This document shows, one piece after another, positions 15,731 through 27,800 of a stretch of 64,000 bases of DNA. A model generated the notes under the pieces. That model ran no database searches. It saw nothing but the letters and a program-made list of their open reading frames with translations, and had not been told where the DNA came from. Positions within the stretch are counted from its first letter, which is position 1; each line of letters begins with the position of its first letter. The DNA lies in IMG/VR virus record IMGVR_UViG_2706796752_000001, positions 32,001-96,000 of that record. One strand, written 5' to 3'. Source of the stretch: a virus. Taxonomy: Duplodnaviria; Caudoviricetes. The translations under genes and the position numbers were made by a program.

Positions 15731-18700
15731 ATGGCTAAAAGGGAAAAGTATATTTTCGATGTAGAGGCTGAGGTCGGTAAAGCTGCCAAGAGTATTAAGT
15801 CGTTAGAAGCTGAACTCTCTAAATTACAAAAGCTAAATAAAGACATCGATGCTACTGGTGGAGACCGTACAGAGAAAGAAATGCTTGCTACATTAAAAGC
15901 AGCAAAAGAGGTTAATGCTGAGTACCAGAAGATGCAACGTATTTTAAAAGACCTTAGCAAACATAGTAGTAAAGTAAGCCGTAAGGACTTTAATGACAGT
16001 AAAGTAATTAACAATGCCAAGACATCAGTTCAAGGTGGTAAGGTTACAGATTCATTCGGTCAGATGTTAAAGAACATGGAACGACAAATGAACTCCATGA
16101 ACAAACAATTCGACAATCACCGTAAAGCCATGGTAGACAGAGGTCAACAATATACCGAGAACTTGAAAACGAATCGTAAAGATTCACAAGGTAATTCTAA
16201 ACCGTCTATGATGGGTCGTAACAAGTCTACAGGTGAAGACATGGAAAAGGCTGTAGACAAGTTCTTATCCGGTCAGAACGAGGCGACAAACGGATTAAAC
16301 CAAGCATTAATGCAGTTGAAAGAGATATCCAAGTTAAATAGACGTTCGGAGAGCTTATCTCGTCGAGCATCTGCATCTGGTTATATGTCATTTCAACAGT
16401 ACTCTAACTTCACAGGAGACAGACGTACGGTTCAACAGACTTATGGTGGATTAAAGACAGATAACCGTGCGAAAGTACTAGAACTATCTGGTCAAGCTAC
16501 AGGTATCAGTAAAGAGTTAGATAGATTAAATAGTAAGAAAGGTTTAACTGCTCGTGAAGGTGAAGAGCGTAAGAAGTTAATGCGACAGCTGGAAGGTATC
16601 GATGCAGAGTTAACAGCACGTAAGAAGCTAAACAACTCGCTAGATGAGGCTACAGCTAACATGAACAAGTTCAATCAATCTCTACTAGATGCTAACGTAA
16701 CTGTTAAACCAGAACGTGGTACGATGAGAGGTATGATGTATGAGCGTGCTCCTGCAATCGCATTAGCAATCGGTGGAGCAATTACTGCTACAGTTGGTAA
16801 ATTATACAGCGATGGTGGTAACCACAGTAAAGCTATGAGACCGGATGAGGCATACGTAGGACAGCAGACAGGTGCAGTAGGTGCAAACTGGAGACCGAAC
16901 CGTACAGCAACAATGCGTTCTGGTTTAGGTAATCATCTAGGATTCACGGGACAAGAGATGATGGAGTTCCAATCAAACTACTTAACTGCTAATGGTTATC
17001 ATGGTGCTGAAGATATGAAAGCAGCTACTACTGGTCAAGCGACATTCGCTAGAGCTACTGGTCTTGGTGCCGATGATGTTAAAGACTTCTTCAACACAGC
17101 TTATCGTTCTGGTGGTGTAGATGGTAACCAAACGAAACAGTTCCAAAATGCCTTCCTTGGAGCCATGAAACAATCTGGTGCTGTAGGTCGTGAGAAAGAC
17201 CAACTTAAAGCATTGAACGGTATCCTAACTTCTATGTCACAAAACAGAACAGTTACGAACCAAGAAATGATGAGAACCATGGGTCTACAATCTACCATCT
17301 CTGCAACTGGAGTATCTTCTTTACAAGGTTCAAAAGGTGGAGCGTTAATGGAACAGCTTGATACAGGTATCCGCGAAGGATTCAACGACCCACAAATGCG
17401 TGTACTGTTTGGTCAAGGTACAAAGTATCAAGGACTAAAAGGTCGAGCTCAATTACGTAAGCAGATGGAGAAAGGTATATCCGACCCTGATAACTTAACC
17501 ACTCTTATCGATGCAGCTAAAGCTCAAGCTCCTTCTGGAGATAAGGAAGAACAAGCCGAAATCTTACAGACGTTAGCATCTAGAATGGGTGTCAATATGT
17601 CTTCACAGCAAGCAGGTGGTTTGTTAGGTATGGACCCTAAGAGCCTAACAAAAGATAACATTGACAAGGTTATGAAGGAAGGTTTGAAAGAAGGTTCCAT
17701 TGAATCCGCTAAACGTGATAAAGCTTACTCAGATTCTAAAGCGTCTATTGATAACTCATCTGAAGCAGCTACGGCTAAACAGTCTACTGAGTTAAACGAC
17801 ATGGGTAGCAAACTACGTGAAGCAAACGCAGCATTAGGTGGATTACCTGCCCCTATGTACGCAGCAATCGCAGCGGTAGTAGCATTCACAGCAGCAGTTG
17901 CAGGTTCAGCAATCATGTTCAAAGGAGCTAGTTTACTAAAAGGAGGCGTAGCAGGTAAGTTCGGTAAGAAAGGCGGTCGCGGCGGTGGAGGCGGCGGCGG
18001 CGGTGGAGGTGGTGTTGGTGCCGCAGCTACCGGAGCTGGTGCAGCGGGCGCCGCTGGTGCAGCAGGTGCAGCCGGAGAAATAGGAGCGGGAGTAGCAGGT
18101 GCCGCAGGTGGAACAGCAGCGGGCGCAGCAGCTGGAGGAAGTAAACTTGCAGGTGTTGGTAAAGGCGTCATGAAAGGCGCAGGTAAATTAATGCTACCTC
18201 TTGGTATCCTTATGGGTGCTAATGAAATCATGCAAGCCCCAGAAGAACAGAAAGGTGCAGCCGTAGGTTCCGCAGTAGGTGGACTTGGTGGCGGTGTTCT
18301 TGGTGGTGCAGCAGCCGGAGCCGCAGTAGGGTCATTCCTTGGACCAATCGGTACAGCAGTTGGAGGTATCGGTGGTGCTATTGCAGGTGGTTGGGCTGGT
18401 TCTGGTATCGGTGAAACGATAGGTGGATGGTTCGATAGTAAACCTAAAGAAGACCCGACAGCTTCCGCAGCAGCTTTAGCCGCAGCAGCAGGTACTACTG
18501 GAGCAGTTGGTGCATCTAGTACCGCATCTTTACAATCACAAATGTCACAAGGTGTAAGTGCGAGTAACGCTAGTCAAATCAACTCAATGGCTTCAGCGTT
18601 AGGAATCTCATCCGGAGCCTTGGCATCTCAACTAGGCATATCTTCTGGTCAAGAGAATCAAATCCAGACAATGACTGATAAGGAGAACACGAATACCAAG

Positions 18701-19543
18701 AAAGCCAATGAATCTAAGAAAGGAGATAATCTATCTTTCGAACGTGAAAACATTTCTATGTACGAACGTGTATTAACACGAGCTGAGCAGATTCTTGCAC
18801 AGGCTAGAGCACAGAATGGTATCATGGGAGTAGGTGGAGGTGGAACTGCTGGAGCTGGTGGTGGTATAAATGGCTTCACAGGTGGTGGTAAGTTACAATT
18901 CCTAGCAGATGGTCAGAAGTGGTCTTCAAGCAACCTTCAGCAGCATGATTTAGGATTCACAGACCAAAACCTGACAGCAGAAGACCTTGACAAATGGATT
19001 GACTCGAAAGCCCCTCAAGGCTCTATGATGAGAGGTATGGGTGCTACGTTCCTTAAAGCAGGACAAGAGTACGGTTTAGACCCTCGTTATCTAGTTGCTC
19101 ACGCAGCTGAAGAGTCTGGATGGGGTACTTCTAAGATTGCTAGAGATAAAGGTAACTTCTTTGGAATTGGCGCGTTCGATGACAGTCCGTACTCAAGTGC
19201 CTATGAATTCAAAGACGGAACAGGTTCGGCTGCCGAAAAAGGAATCATGGGTGGGGCTAAGTGGATATCTGAGAAGTACTATGGTAAAGGTAATACCACG
19301 TTAGATAAGATGAAAGCAGCAGGTTACGCAACGAATGCTACGTGGGCTCCAAACATTGCTTCTATCATGGCTGGTGCTCCTAAGGGAAGCGGTAGCGGTA
19401 ATGTCCAAGCCACAATTAACGTCAACGTAAGAGGAGATGACAAGGTATCCGATAAGCTGAAGAATAGCGCGGATATGAAGAAGGCAGGAAAAGATATTGG
19501 AAGCTTGTTAGGATTCTATTCTAGGGAGATGACAATAGCTTAA
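15731..19543 (+). CDS. Tape measure protein with C-terminal glucosaminidase (GH73-like) domain
   Basis: 1270 aa, helical with G/A-rich hydrophobic segment; C-terminal AHAAEESGWG, NFFGIGAFD, YATNATW. Confidence 0.92.
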   Translation: MAKREKYIFDVEAEVGKAAKSIKSLEAELSKLQKLNKDIDATGGDRTEKEMLATLKAAKEVNAEYQKMQRILKDLSKHSSKVSRKDFNDSKVINNAKTSVQGGKVTDSFGQMLKNMERQMNSMNKQFDNHRKAMVDRGQQYTENLKTNRKDSQGNSKPSMMGRNKSTGEDMEKAVDKFLSGQNEATNGLNQALMQLKEISKLNRRSESLSRRASASGYMSFQQYSNFTGDRRTVQQTYGGLKTDNRAKVLELSGQATGISKELDRLNSKKGLTAREGEERKKLMRQLEGIDAELTARKKLNNSLDEATANMNKFNQSLLDANVTVKPERGTMRGMMYERAPAIALAIGGAITATVGKLYSDGGNHSKAMRPDEAYVGQQTGAVGANWRPNRTATMRSGLGNHLGFTGQEMMEFQSNYLTANGYHGAEDMKAATTGQATFARATGLGADDVKDFFNTAYRSGGVDGNQTKQFQNAFLGAMKQSGAVGREKDQLKALNGILTSMSQNRTVTNQEMMRTMGLQSTISATGVSSLQGSKGGALMEQLDTGIREGFNDPQMRVLFGQGTKYQGLKGRAQLRKQMEKGISDPDNLTTLIDAAKAQAPSGDKEEQAEILQTLASRMGVNMSSQQAGGLLGMDPKSLTKDNIDKVMKEGLKEGSIESAKRDKAYSDSKASIDNSSEAATAKQSTELNDMGSKLREANAALGGLPAPMYAAIAAVVAFTAAVAGSAIMFKGASLLKGGVAGKFGKKGGRGGGGGGGGGGGVGAAATGAGAAGAAGAAGAAGEIGAGVAGAAGGTAAGAAAGGSKLAGVGKGVMKGAGKLMLPLGILMGANEIMQAPEEQKGAAVGSAVGGLGGGVLGGAAAGAAVGSFLGPIGTAVGGIGGAIAGGWAGSGIGETIGGWFDSKPKEDPTASAAALAAAAGTTGAVGASSTASLQSQMSQGVSASNASQINSMASALGISSGALASQLGISSGQENQIQTMTDKENTNTKKANESKKGDNLSFERENISMYERVLTRAEQILAQARAQNGIMGVGGGGTAGAGGGINGFTGGGKLQFLADGQKWSSSNLQQHDLGFTDQNLTAEDLDKWIDSKAPQGSMMRGMGATFLKAGQEYGLDPRYLVAHAAEESGWGTSKIARDKGNFFGIGAFDDSPYSSAYEFKDGTGSAAEKGIMGGAKWISEKYYGKGNTTLDKMKAAGYATNATWAPNIASIMAGAPKGSGSGNVQATINVNVRGDDKVSDKLKNSADMKKAGKDIGSLLGFYSREMTIA

Positions 19544-19544
19544 T

Positions 19545-19578
19545 AGGGTGGTGTGGGCATAGCTCACCCATCCTTTTT
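19545..19578 (+). terminator. Terminator after tape measure, followed by late motif TGTTATATTA (19580-19589)
   Basis: AGGGTGG-GTGGGC / GCTCAC-CCATCCT stem plus T tract. Confidence 0.75.
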
Positions 19579-19614
19579 CTGTTATATTAGTAGTATACAA
19601 AAGGAGGAAAATAC

Positions 19615-21792
19615 ATGACTACAATAGTTACTAGATATCCTCGTATAGAGGTTGATTTAATTACAGAAAATACTACTTACGAAATCCAGTACGATACAGG
19701 AGAAACATTAACGACAAAGAACTTCGACAATGCAATTCTATCTCTATCTACTAAAAACGCAATGGCAGATGATAGCCCTGCTTTCTCGCTAATTGTAACA
19801 GCACAAGATAAGTGGGATAAAGTTGTCGGACCTAACGACCTAATACGTATCAAAGCTATACCAGATGTAACTGATAAAGTACCAGATAATCCGTGGATAA
19901 TGGTCGGACTGATATCAGATATCAAGAAAGACGGTGAATATGCGAACGGTACACTTGTCTATCGTGTAACTGGTCAGGCAATGACAAAGGCATTAATCAA
20001 TTTCCAAGTCGGTGTAATCCAACAATTCGCATCTATTTCCCCTGATATCGGATGGTTACCTGATGGAACAGAACAAGGTCTGAAGTTCTCTGGTAACAAT
20101 GCAGCAGGAATAGGTAACGAGCTAATGGATAGATTCTTGTATAAATATGCGCAATATGAATTCGCAAATGGAACAGGTCTACAAGACTATTTCACTCATG
20201 AGTTTAAGAGTTGGGAATCTGATGAATCATTACAAGACCCATCACCATTCGTAAACTACCAAGGTTCTATGAGACAGTTCTTAGAAGACATTGTAGCTAA
20301 ACCATTTAATGAACTGTACTTCGAGTTCACTAAAGATGGTCGTTGTATTGCTTTAATGAGACCGACACCGTTCGACAAGGACAAATGGGAAGCCTTGCAT
20401 TCTTACGAGATAACGAGTGATATCGTGTTGCAGGAGTCTTACAGTAGAAATGATAACGAAGCTTTCTCAGTATATTGCGTGGATGCACCAAACATCGCGG
20501 AGTTTACTAGTTTAGACTTGGGGGTATATCCTCGTTTCCATCCGGAACTTATTAAGAAGTACGGATACAAGAGACTAGATGCCTCTAACAGATATTTATT
20601 ATCTACTAACAAAGCACAAAGCGGTAATGTGAATACTGGTAACGCCGCTAACAATACTGGGAATACTGCTAAGCAACCAACCTATGATGAACTGTTACTG
20701 TACATCAACCAGCAAGGTTTCATGGATAAGGAGACTATCCGTAAGAAGAAGTCCGAGATGTCCGCTTCTCTGAAGGCACAATTCCCATCAATGACTGTGT
20801 CTATGACAAACAATATCATAGATGCGATTGCGAATGAGCAGTTTAATCCCGATAAGTATAAACAGATTATATCATCCGCAACTGGAGATGTCAACCAGTC
20901 AAATAATAATGAAAAATCAGCAGATAGCACAAAGCTAAAAGCATTCACTGACAGACTGTATAATTGGTATTGCGAGAATCCTAACTTCTACTCAGGAGAT
21001 ATTCGTGTACTAGGTAACCCCGCCTTCCGTGTTGGCGCAAAACTATATTACGAAGACTTCGAACAAGAGACTAAGTGGGAGTTCTATATTGAGTCTATAC
21101 AGCATGAGTTTAGCTATACGAACGGTTACTCTACTATTATCGGTGTTACTCGAGGATTACAAAATAGAGGAGCTAGTAGATTCACAAACCTATGGGGTAA
21201 ATCGGAAGACTTCAAAGGCGGTTACTTAGGGGAGGATACACTAGCTACATTACTAGAGAAAGCGAAAGCTGCTCGAGAGGCACAGATGGCTGGGGGAGGA
21301 CAAGGAGGAAACACTGGAGGTACAGGTGGAGTTGTTGCAGGTGGACCAGTAGCAATGAACGCAGTAGCTATCGCGAAAGAGATGACAACTAAACCATCTG
21401 TCTATGTATTCGGTGGAGGTCGTTCCGGTGGTAACCCATTCACTAAATCTCCAATCAAGACTGACTGTTCATCATTCATCTGGTGGATATTTAACCTAAA
21501 TGGTGTCGACCTCAAAGGTGGAGAGCATGGGATGACAACAGACACAATAAAGACGGACTCAAGACTCCAACTTATCAGTCCTCGCGGAGGAGATAAGAAA
21601 GCTGCATTGGCTCAGGCTCAGGTGGGAGACATCATATGGTTTGATACGTATAAGTCTGATGGTCATATCGTAATCTATACTGGTAACAATCGTTTCATAG
21701 GTTCACAGGATAAGGGAATCACTGAGGAGGATATCACTAGTTCATATTGGCAGCGAGTGTTTAATGGACACATCAGACGCTTTACTGGATGA
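19615..21792 (+). CDS. Baseplate hub / tail lysin with C-terminal NlpC/P60 peptidase
   Basis: C-terminal YVFGG, TDCSSF, GDIIWF, GHIVIY; follows tape measure. Confidence 0.88.
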   Translation: MTTIVTRYPRIEVDLITENTTYEIQYDTGETLTTKNFDNAILSLSTKNAMADDSPAFSLIVTAQDKWDKVVGPNDLIRIKAIPDVTDKVPDNPWIMVGLISDIKKDGEYANGTLVYRVTGQAMTKALINFQVGVIQQFASISPDIGWLPDGTEQGLKFSGNNAAGIGNELMDRFLYKYAQYEFANGTGLQDYFTHEFKSWESDESLQDPSPFVNYQGSMRQFLEDIVAKPFNELYFEFTKDGRCIALMRPTPFDKDKWEALHSYEITSDIVLQESYSRNDNEAFSVYCVDAPNIAEFTSLDLGVYPRFHPELIKKYGYKRLDASNRYLLSTNKAQSGNVNTGNAANNTGNTAKQPTYDELLLYINQQGFMDKETIRKKKSEMSASLKAQFPSMTVSMTNNIIDAIANEQFNPDKYKQIISSATGDVNQSNNNEKSADSTKLKAFTDRLYNWYCENPNFYSGDIRVLGNPAFRVGAKLYYEDFEQETKWEFYIESIQHEFSYTNGYSTIIGVTRGLQNRGASRFTNLWGKSEDFKGGYLGEDTLATLLEKAKAAREAQMAGGGQGGNTGGTGGVVAGGPVAMNAVAIAKEMTTKPSVYVFGGGRSGGNPFTKSPIKTDCSSFIWWIFNLNGVDLKGGEHGMTTDTIKTDSRLQLISPRGGDKKAALAQAQVGDIIWFDTYKSDGHIVIYTGNNRFIGSQDKGITEEDITSSYWQRVFNGHIRRFTG

Positions 21793-21822
21793 TTGTGATA
21801 TAATTAATTTTATTAAGGGAGG

Positions 21823-24800
21823 ATGAGAAATATGGTAGAATTTGAACCTTTAGAAACAATGAGATTCCAATCACAACTCGGTAAAGAAATGAAACGAAAA
21901 TACAAGGAGGGTAACAATCTTGTTACTCTCTCTCTTGCTGATGTCGTAAAAGTTAACTATAAATACAACACAGTTGACGTTATCACAGTAAGAGAAAACA
22001 ACTCGACAGCTAAAAACCCTAACGATAACGGAAAGTACTCAGCTATGCTTCCGACTCATATGTCCGGTCGTACAGCTAACGGTAACATCTACGGTTCTAC
22101 AACATTAGTAACTGTAGGTACCCGTGTCCTAATCGGATTCATCGATGGACAAGTTGACACGCCAATCGTAATTAACATCTACGGTAAAACGGATGACCAA
22201 CAACAATTAACACGTACAGACTTCACATCAGCTGATGATTCAATCGAGTCTATCCAGCAAGAACTCTGGAATACTTTCAATTTATATCCATCTATGACTT
22301 ACGACAACATTGATGGTAGAGGTAACCGTGAAGTAACATTTTCTGGTAAGACATTCTTAATCGCAACAGACCGTGACCAAGAAAACATGTACGTACAAGA
22401 TGCGCATTTCGATTACATGGACCTTCCACATTCTCGTTATGCAAACGGAGAGCTTATTGAACCAGAATCTCCTGATGCACCAACAATGCTATTCGTACAC
22501 CAAAGTGTATATGACAACCATCGTACAACTTTCTTCGTGAAAGCAGATGGTACATTCCGTTTAGGTTCTCGTCATATCAGTGGTGGAGGAATTACGTACC
22601 AAGAACTAAAACCAGATGGCTCTTACTCAATCGTTAAGAAGAATGATACGGAGAATCCAGAAGAAGAGTCTAGTGATTTATCTTCTATCGAAATTCTTAA
22701 GGATGGTAACGTAGTGTTACAGAATCCTAAGACGAAAATGGAGATTACTGATGAGGGCGTAATGGTTAATGGTAAGCCAATCGGTTCCGGCGGTTCTGGT
22801 GGAGGTATATCCCCTGAGTTAGAGAATATCATAAAACAGATTAATAATCAATTCTCTTTATTAAAAATTACAATGTCTGAGATTGAAGGCGGTCTTGAAA
22901 CGAAAGTAGAGAAAGACACATACTTCATCGACACTGCTGAGATTGAAGCTAAGATTAAAGACATGAAAGATGGCGCTCGTAAAAGTAAAGATAATCTACA
23001 AAAATCTATTGAAGACCTAGTAAAATATATTGCTAATGAAGTTAACACGAACCCTATAACAGATGCTAACAAATTACAAATTACAAAATTACTAGATGAC
23101 ATAGATAATAAGAAAGCATCATTAGACGCCGCTGCACAAGTGGTACTATTAGACCCATTCTTAACTGATGAGCAGAAAGTAGCTGTTAAGAAGTGGTACG
23201 ATAAGCTTAACTCTGACCACACTGCACTGAAGACAACTGTGATGGTGGCTATCCAAGATGGTAACTTAACAGCACAAGATAAAAAGGACATCTCAACTGC
23301 CGCAGAAACATACCTAAATGACCTTACTTCTTGGTTAACGGAGATGGATAAAGCAGCTGATGCTAGTTACGAGCAGCGTATTGTTGATGCATTCGAGAAC
23401 GCAGTAAACTACGCGAACAAAGAATCATTACATCAAAGCGCAGTAATCACTCATCTATACAACATGGTATCTATTAAAGTTAGTTCTGAGCAAGTGACAC
23501 AGCAGTTCATCGATTTGAACACGAAGATAGAAAAGACACAAGAAGAGACAGCTACAGCACTAGACGATTTCCAAACTCAGATTGATAACACAGTTAAGAA
23601 CTTACCCTACAAGGTAGAAGTAACATCATCTAACGGTTTGATATTCGTAAATGGTGGCGTTAACTCTACAATCGCAGCTAAGGTTACTAAAGGTACTGAA
23701 GATGTGACAAGTACAGTGGCTGTTGCTGATTTCATATGGACTCGCGTTTCTAACAACACAGCAGGAGATACAGCTTGGAATAACGCTCATAAAAATGTTG
23801 GTCGCTCATTCAACATTAATGCTGCTGACGTAATTGATAGAGCAACATTCTTCTGTGATTACAAGAATCCTCCAGTAGCTACAGGTAGTGTTACAATCGC
23901 GAACATCCAAGATATCACAGTAGGTAATGTTGAGCCAACAAATCCACGTGAAGGTGCTTTATGGTATGACCGTGGAACAGGTATCGTGTGGATGTGGCAG
24001 CAAAACAAATGGGTGGAGATTAATAGATTCGATGTTAACATCCGTAACTTATTAATCGGTTCTCGTGACTATGGCGCACAGAACTCTAACAATCCAACAG
24101 ACCCTAACAACTCGACACCTCAAGGCAATATATCAGGCGCATGGGTTATGTCTGGTGACACGACAGGAACTCCACCTAAGACAGGAGTTAAACCTTCACC
24201 ACAGAACGCTACAAATCAAGATACATGGATATCTTATACGCAAAGTCAATGGGGCGGAGTGAAATACAAATCTAGTAAGCTTGCTAGCAGTGGTCTACTA
24301 GATGTTGGGGATATGGTTACTTACGTGTGTTATGTACGAACAGTAGGTGGAACTAGTCCTGATAAAGGCGTACCTATTAGATTGTATGTAACAGATAATA
24401 GGGATGGTGGTACTGGTACAATTGGTTTCGAAATGAAAGATAAAGAGACAGATGGCAAACCAGTCACTGGAGCACCTGTATCGATTAGAGCTACGCAGCA
24501 GTGGAGAATGGTATGGGGAACATTCCCTGTAACTCAACTGTTCTTAGATACAGCTAACGACCCTAACAGTACATCAAAGACTGTTCGTGTAGAACCGACA
24601 AGCTTTACAGATGTTGGAGCCGGAGGACAACTAGAAATTAAGTCTCATATGGTTGTTAAAGGGGTTATCCCTTCTGACTGGGTTCCAGCTCCAGAAGATA
24701 CAAAGCGTGACTCAGATAACACCAACTGGAACATGGACGCTCTTGGTAATGACAACTATCTAACTCGTTTTGAGCGTGGATTAGTTAAAACTAAGTTAGC

Positions 24801-27800
24801 AGACATTACAGGTGAGTCACTTCTTGGTACACAGGACATGAAGACATCAGCTCAGTTAGACGCAGACACATGGGGTAAAGGTCAATTCTACTCTTTACGC
24901 AAACAAGCTAGAGACATCGCTGTGGACCCGAACCAAGATGCAGCATACAAAAGCTTAACTACAACTTACGATGCACTTAGAACGTATCTGAGAGCCCTTA
25001 AAACAGGCGCTGGTCGAAACACAGTTTACCCATGGGATACAACTTCTGATGTAATCATGGATGTTAAGCGTACAGAATGGGATAAAGCGTGGGCAGACTA
25101 CGAGAATGCTTATGCATCGTTAACGGTAGTTGTGCAGCAAAAGCAGAAAGACTACACAGATAATCGTATTGAAGATGTGAATTCAGCAATCAAGAACATT
25201 AGTAAAACAGGTCAGCATGCAACAACAGACCTACGAGTTCCGACTACATCTATTTCTGCTCCGATAACAACAATCGCTTTACCAAGTTTCAAAGGATTTA
25301 CGAAGAACAACTTACAGGTTGGTGGTGTGAACTACGCGTATGGAACAGCAAACAAAGTAGAGGTTAAAGGTAATGGTGCAGCTTCAACAAACCAAACAGT
25401 CAAACCGTATACGATTAAACAAGACGGTCTAGACCTAATTAATACAGGTAAGTTCATCTGTGGCTATTATTGGTCAATCGCTCAGGATGGGAACAATCCT
25501 GTACAAGGTTCGATGTATGTTCAACTAGGTGGAGCTCCTTGGACACAAATAGCACCTGCGATATCATTCTCTCCAAGTAACATGTCTGGTGTTTACTTAG
25601 CCGAGAGAAACATAGCACAAAGTAACGGCTCAGGCATAACAGACTTGCAGCTGCGTTTAGACAATGTGGTAGGTACTGTAACAGTAACTAACTTCATGCT
25701 AACAACGAACACTACACTGGAGACTGTCGAGTACTCTACAAACCCTACAGAGATAAGAGCTGATGGTGAGTATCTTTACTTTAACCGTAACAGAGCAATC
25801 GCAGGTGTAACAATGCCTACATTCTATACAGCTAAAAATGGCACACCAGATACAGCTCGTTCGTCCATGACAATCCAAGAAGTGTTCCACGGTAACGGTT
25901 CGGTTTACGATGATTTCCATTGGACAGAGGATGGTACACCAACTAAATCTAACAAATTTACAGATATGCTGTTAGACACTGGATTCTCTCTTGCTATCCA
26001 AAACCAAAACGTCCAATTGCCTAATGAAAACGGAGTTACAGAGCGATACATCCAAGTACAGCTTAATAACTTCGCTAGTAGACCGATGGCGAATAATGGT
26101 ACGGTTCGATTAGCTAATGGTAAAGGTCTAGAGTTAGAGAGATTGGCATCTGGTAACTTCACTAAGTACAACCAGTTCAAGGTTGATTTTGCTAATGCAA
26201 ACATGTCCTTCCTTGTATCTGCGAAGGAAATGAACGTTGCACCCGCATACCAAGTAAAGGGCGAAGAAGTATTGTTCTTTATGCGTGGATGGAAAATGTT
26301 CCAAGGTGAGCCAGTGCAGAAAACTACAGGAGGTGTTGTAACGTACACGTTCAATACTTACTCTGGTTCCGATAACTCAGCGCCTAACTTCACTCCAATC
26401 GGTTACGTTCAAAAAGACCAAGCGATTATGAACAAAGGTGTACTCGCTTCTACAGGAGAATACAAGCGCCCAGTTGAAGTCGCGGCACCTATAAGAACAA
26501 AACAAACAGGTCAACAGTGGCAAGTTGTGTATCAGTTAGCACTACCCTATGATTCTACATGTCAGTTCACAGGAGCTATCGATTTAATCGGTGACCCAGA
26601 GAAAGTATCGCCTACAGTAGTCCGTTACACGTACGTAGATTGGACACCACCGTTTAATGACAAAGACGGTACATTTATGTACGGGATTAACTTAGCAACC
26701 GCACAAGAGGACACTAGGTACCTTATACCTGTTCTTGAGAGACGTATTGCTAACGCAGAGCAGAAAGTAGAGACAGACTCTATCAAGAGTGTTGTATTTA
26801 GTTCTCGTGAGTATGAGTTAGGTCTACAAGATAAAGCAAGCGTAGCTGATGTAGAAGCTAAGGCTGATAAGTCGGACCTTACCGATTTAGCGACTAAGGA
26901 TGAGTTAAAGAGTAGTGAGGAGGCGCGTAAGCGTGAATTAGAAGAAGCGATGAAAAATATCGACTTCACTCCTTATGTACAGAAGTCCGAGATTGAACAG
27001 TTAGATAGACAATGGACAGCTGCATTCTACTCATCCGGTGGTATGAACATCGTAAAAAACTCTATCGGGTTTGACCGTTCGATGAGCGCTAAATTAAATA
27101 AAGAGACGTTCACTTTCTGGGACGATATGATTAACCCCGCATACCAGCAACCAGTTAACATTCAAACTAACGCATTAGACGCATTAGGGTTTACTAGCGG
27201 ATTCATGTTTAACGAATCGCCTAATACTAACTGGACAGCAATAGCACAAGTGCTCAACGTTATCCCTAACCAACCGTACACGATAAGTTATTTCTTACAA
27301 AAGATGAATGCAGGGGATAGTAACTACAGATTCAACATCCTGATACAGCAAACAACTAAGGATAATCCAACATCAGATGCGGATTGGGCTACGATTAACG
27401 GAGGTCAGCTAGCGGACAACAGTAGCATTAAACACAGCGGGTTCATGCCTTCTTACTTCGAGTTCACTCCAACAAATAGTAAGGTTAGACTTGTGTTAAT
27501 TGCTTCCCCTAAATGCGTAGCACAGATTTCTGGTATAATGGTTAACATAGGAAAAAAACCTATCAAGTGGACAATGTCTACAGGGGAGAACTACAACACG
27601 AACGTTCGTATGAACTTAAATGGTATCCGCGTATCTCAGGTTGACAAGGATGGTACAGAAATTGGGTACACAGTCATCACACCGGAACGTTTTGCAGGTT
27701 ATTATATCCGAGACGGTAAACCAGAAGAGATATTCCGACTCGACGGTGATGAGACTTGGACTAAAAAGTTAAGAGCCGAAAACGAGATAAACATGGGACC

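Noticed and set aside
17956-18130. GC-rich GGC/GCA repeat tract
   Set aside because: Encodes the Gly/Ala-rich segment of the tape measure protein; not a mobile element or array.
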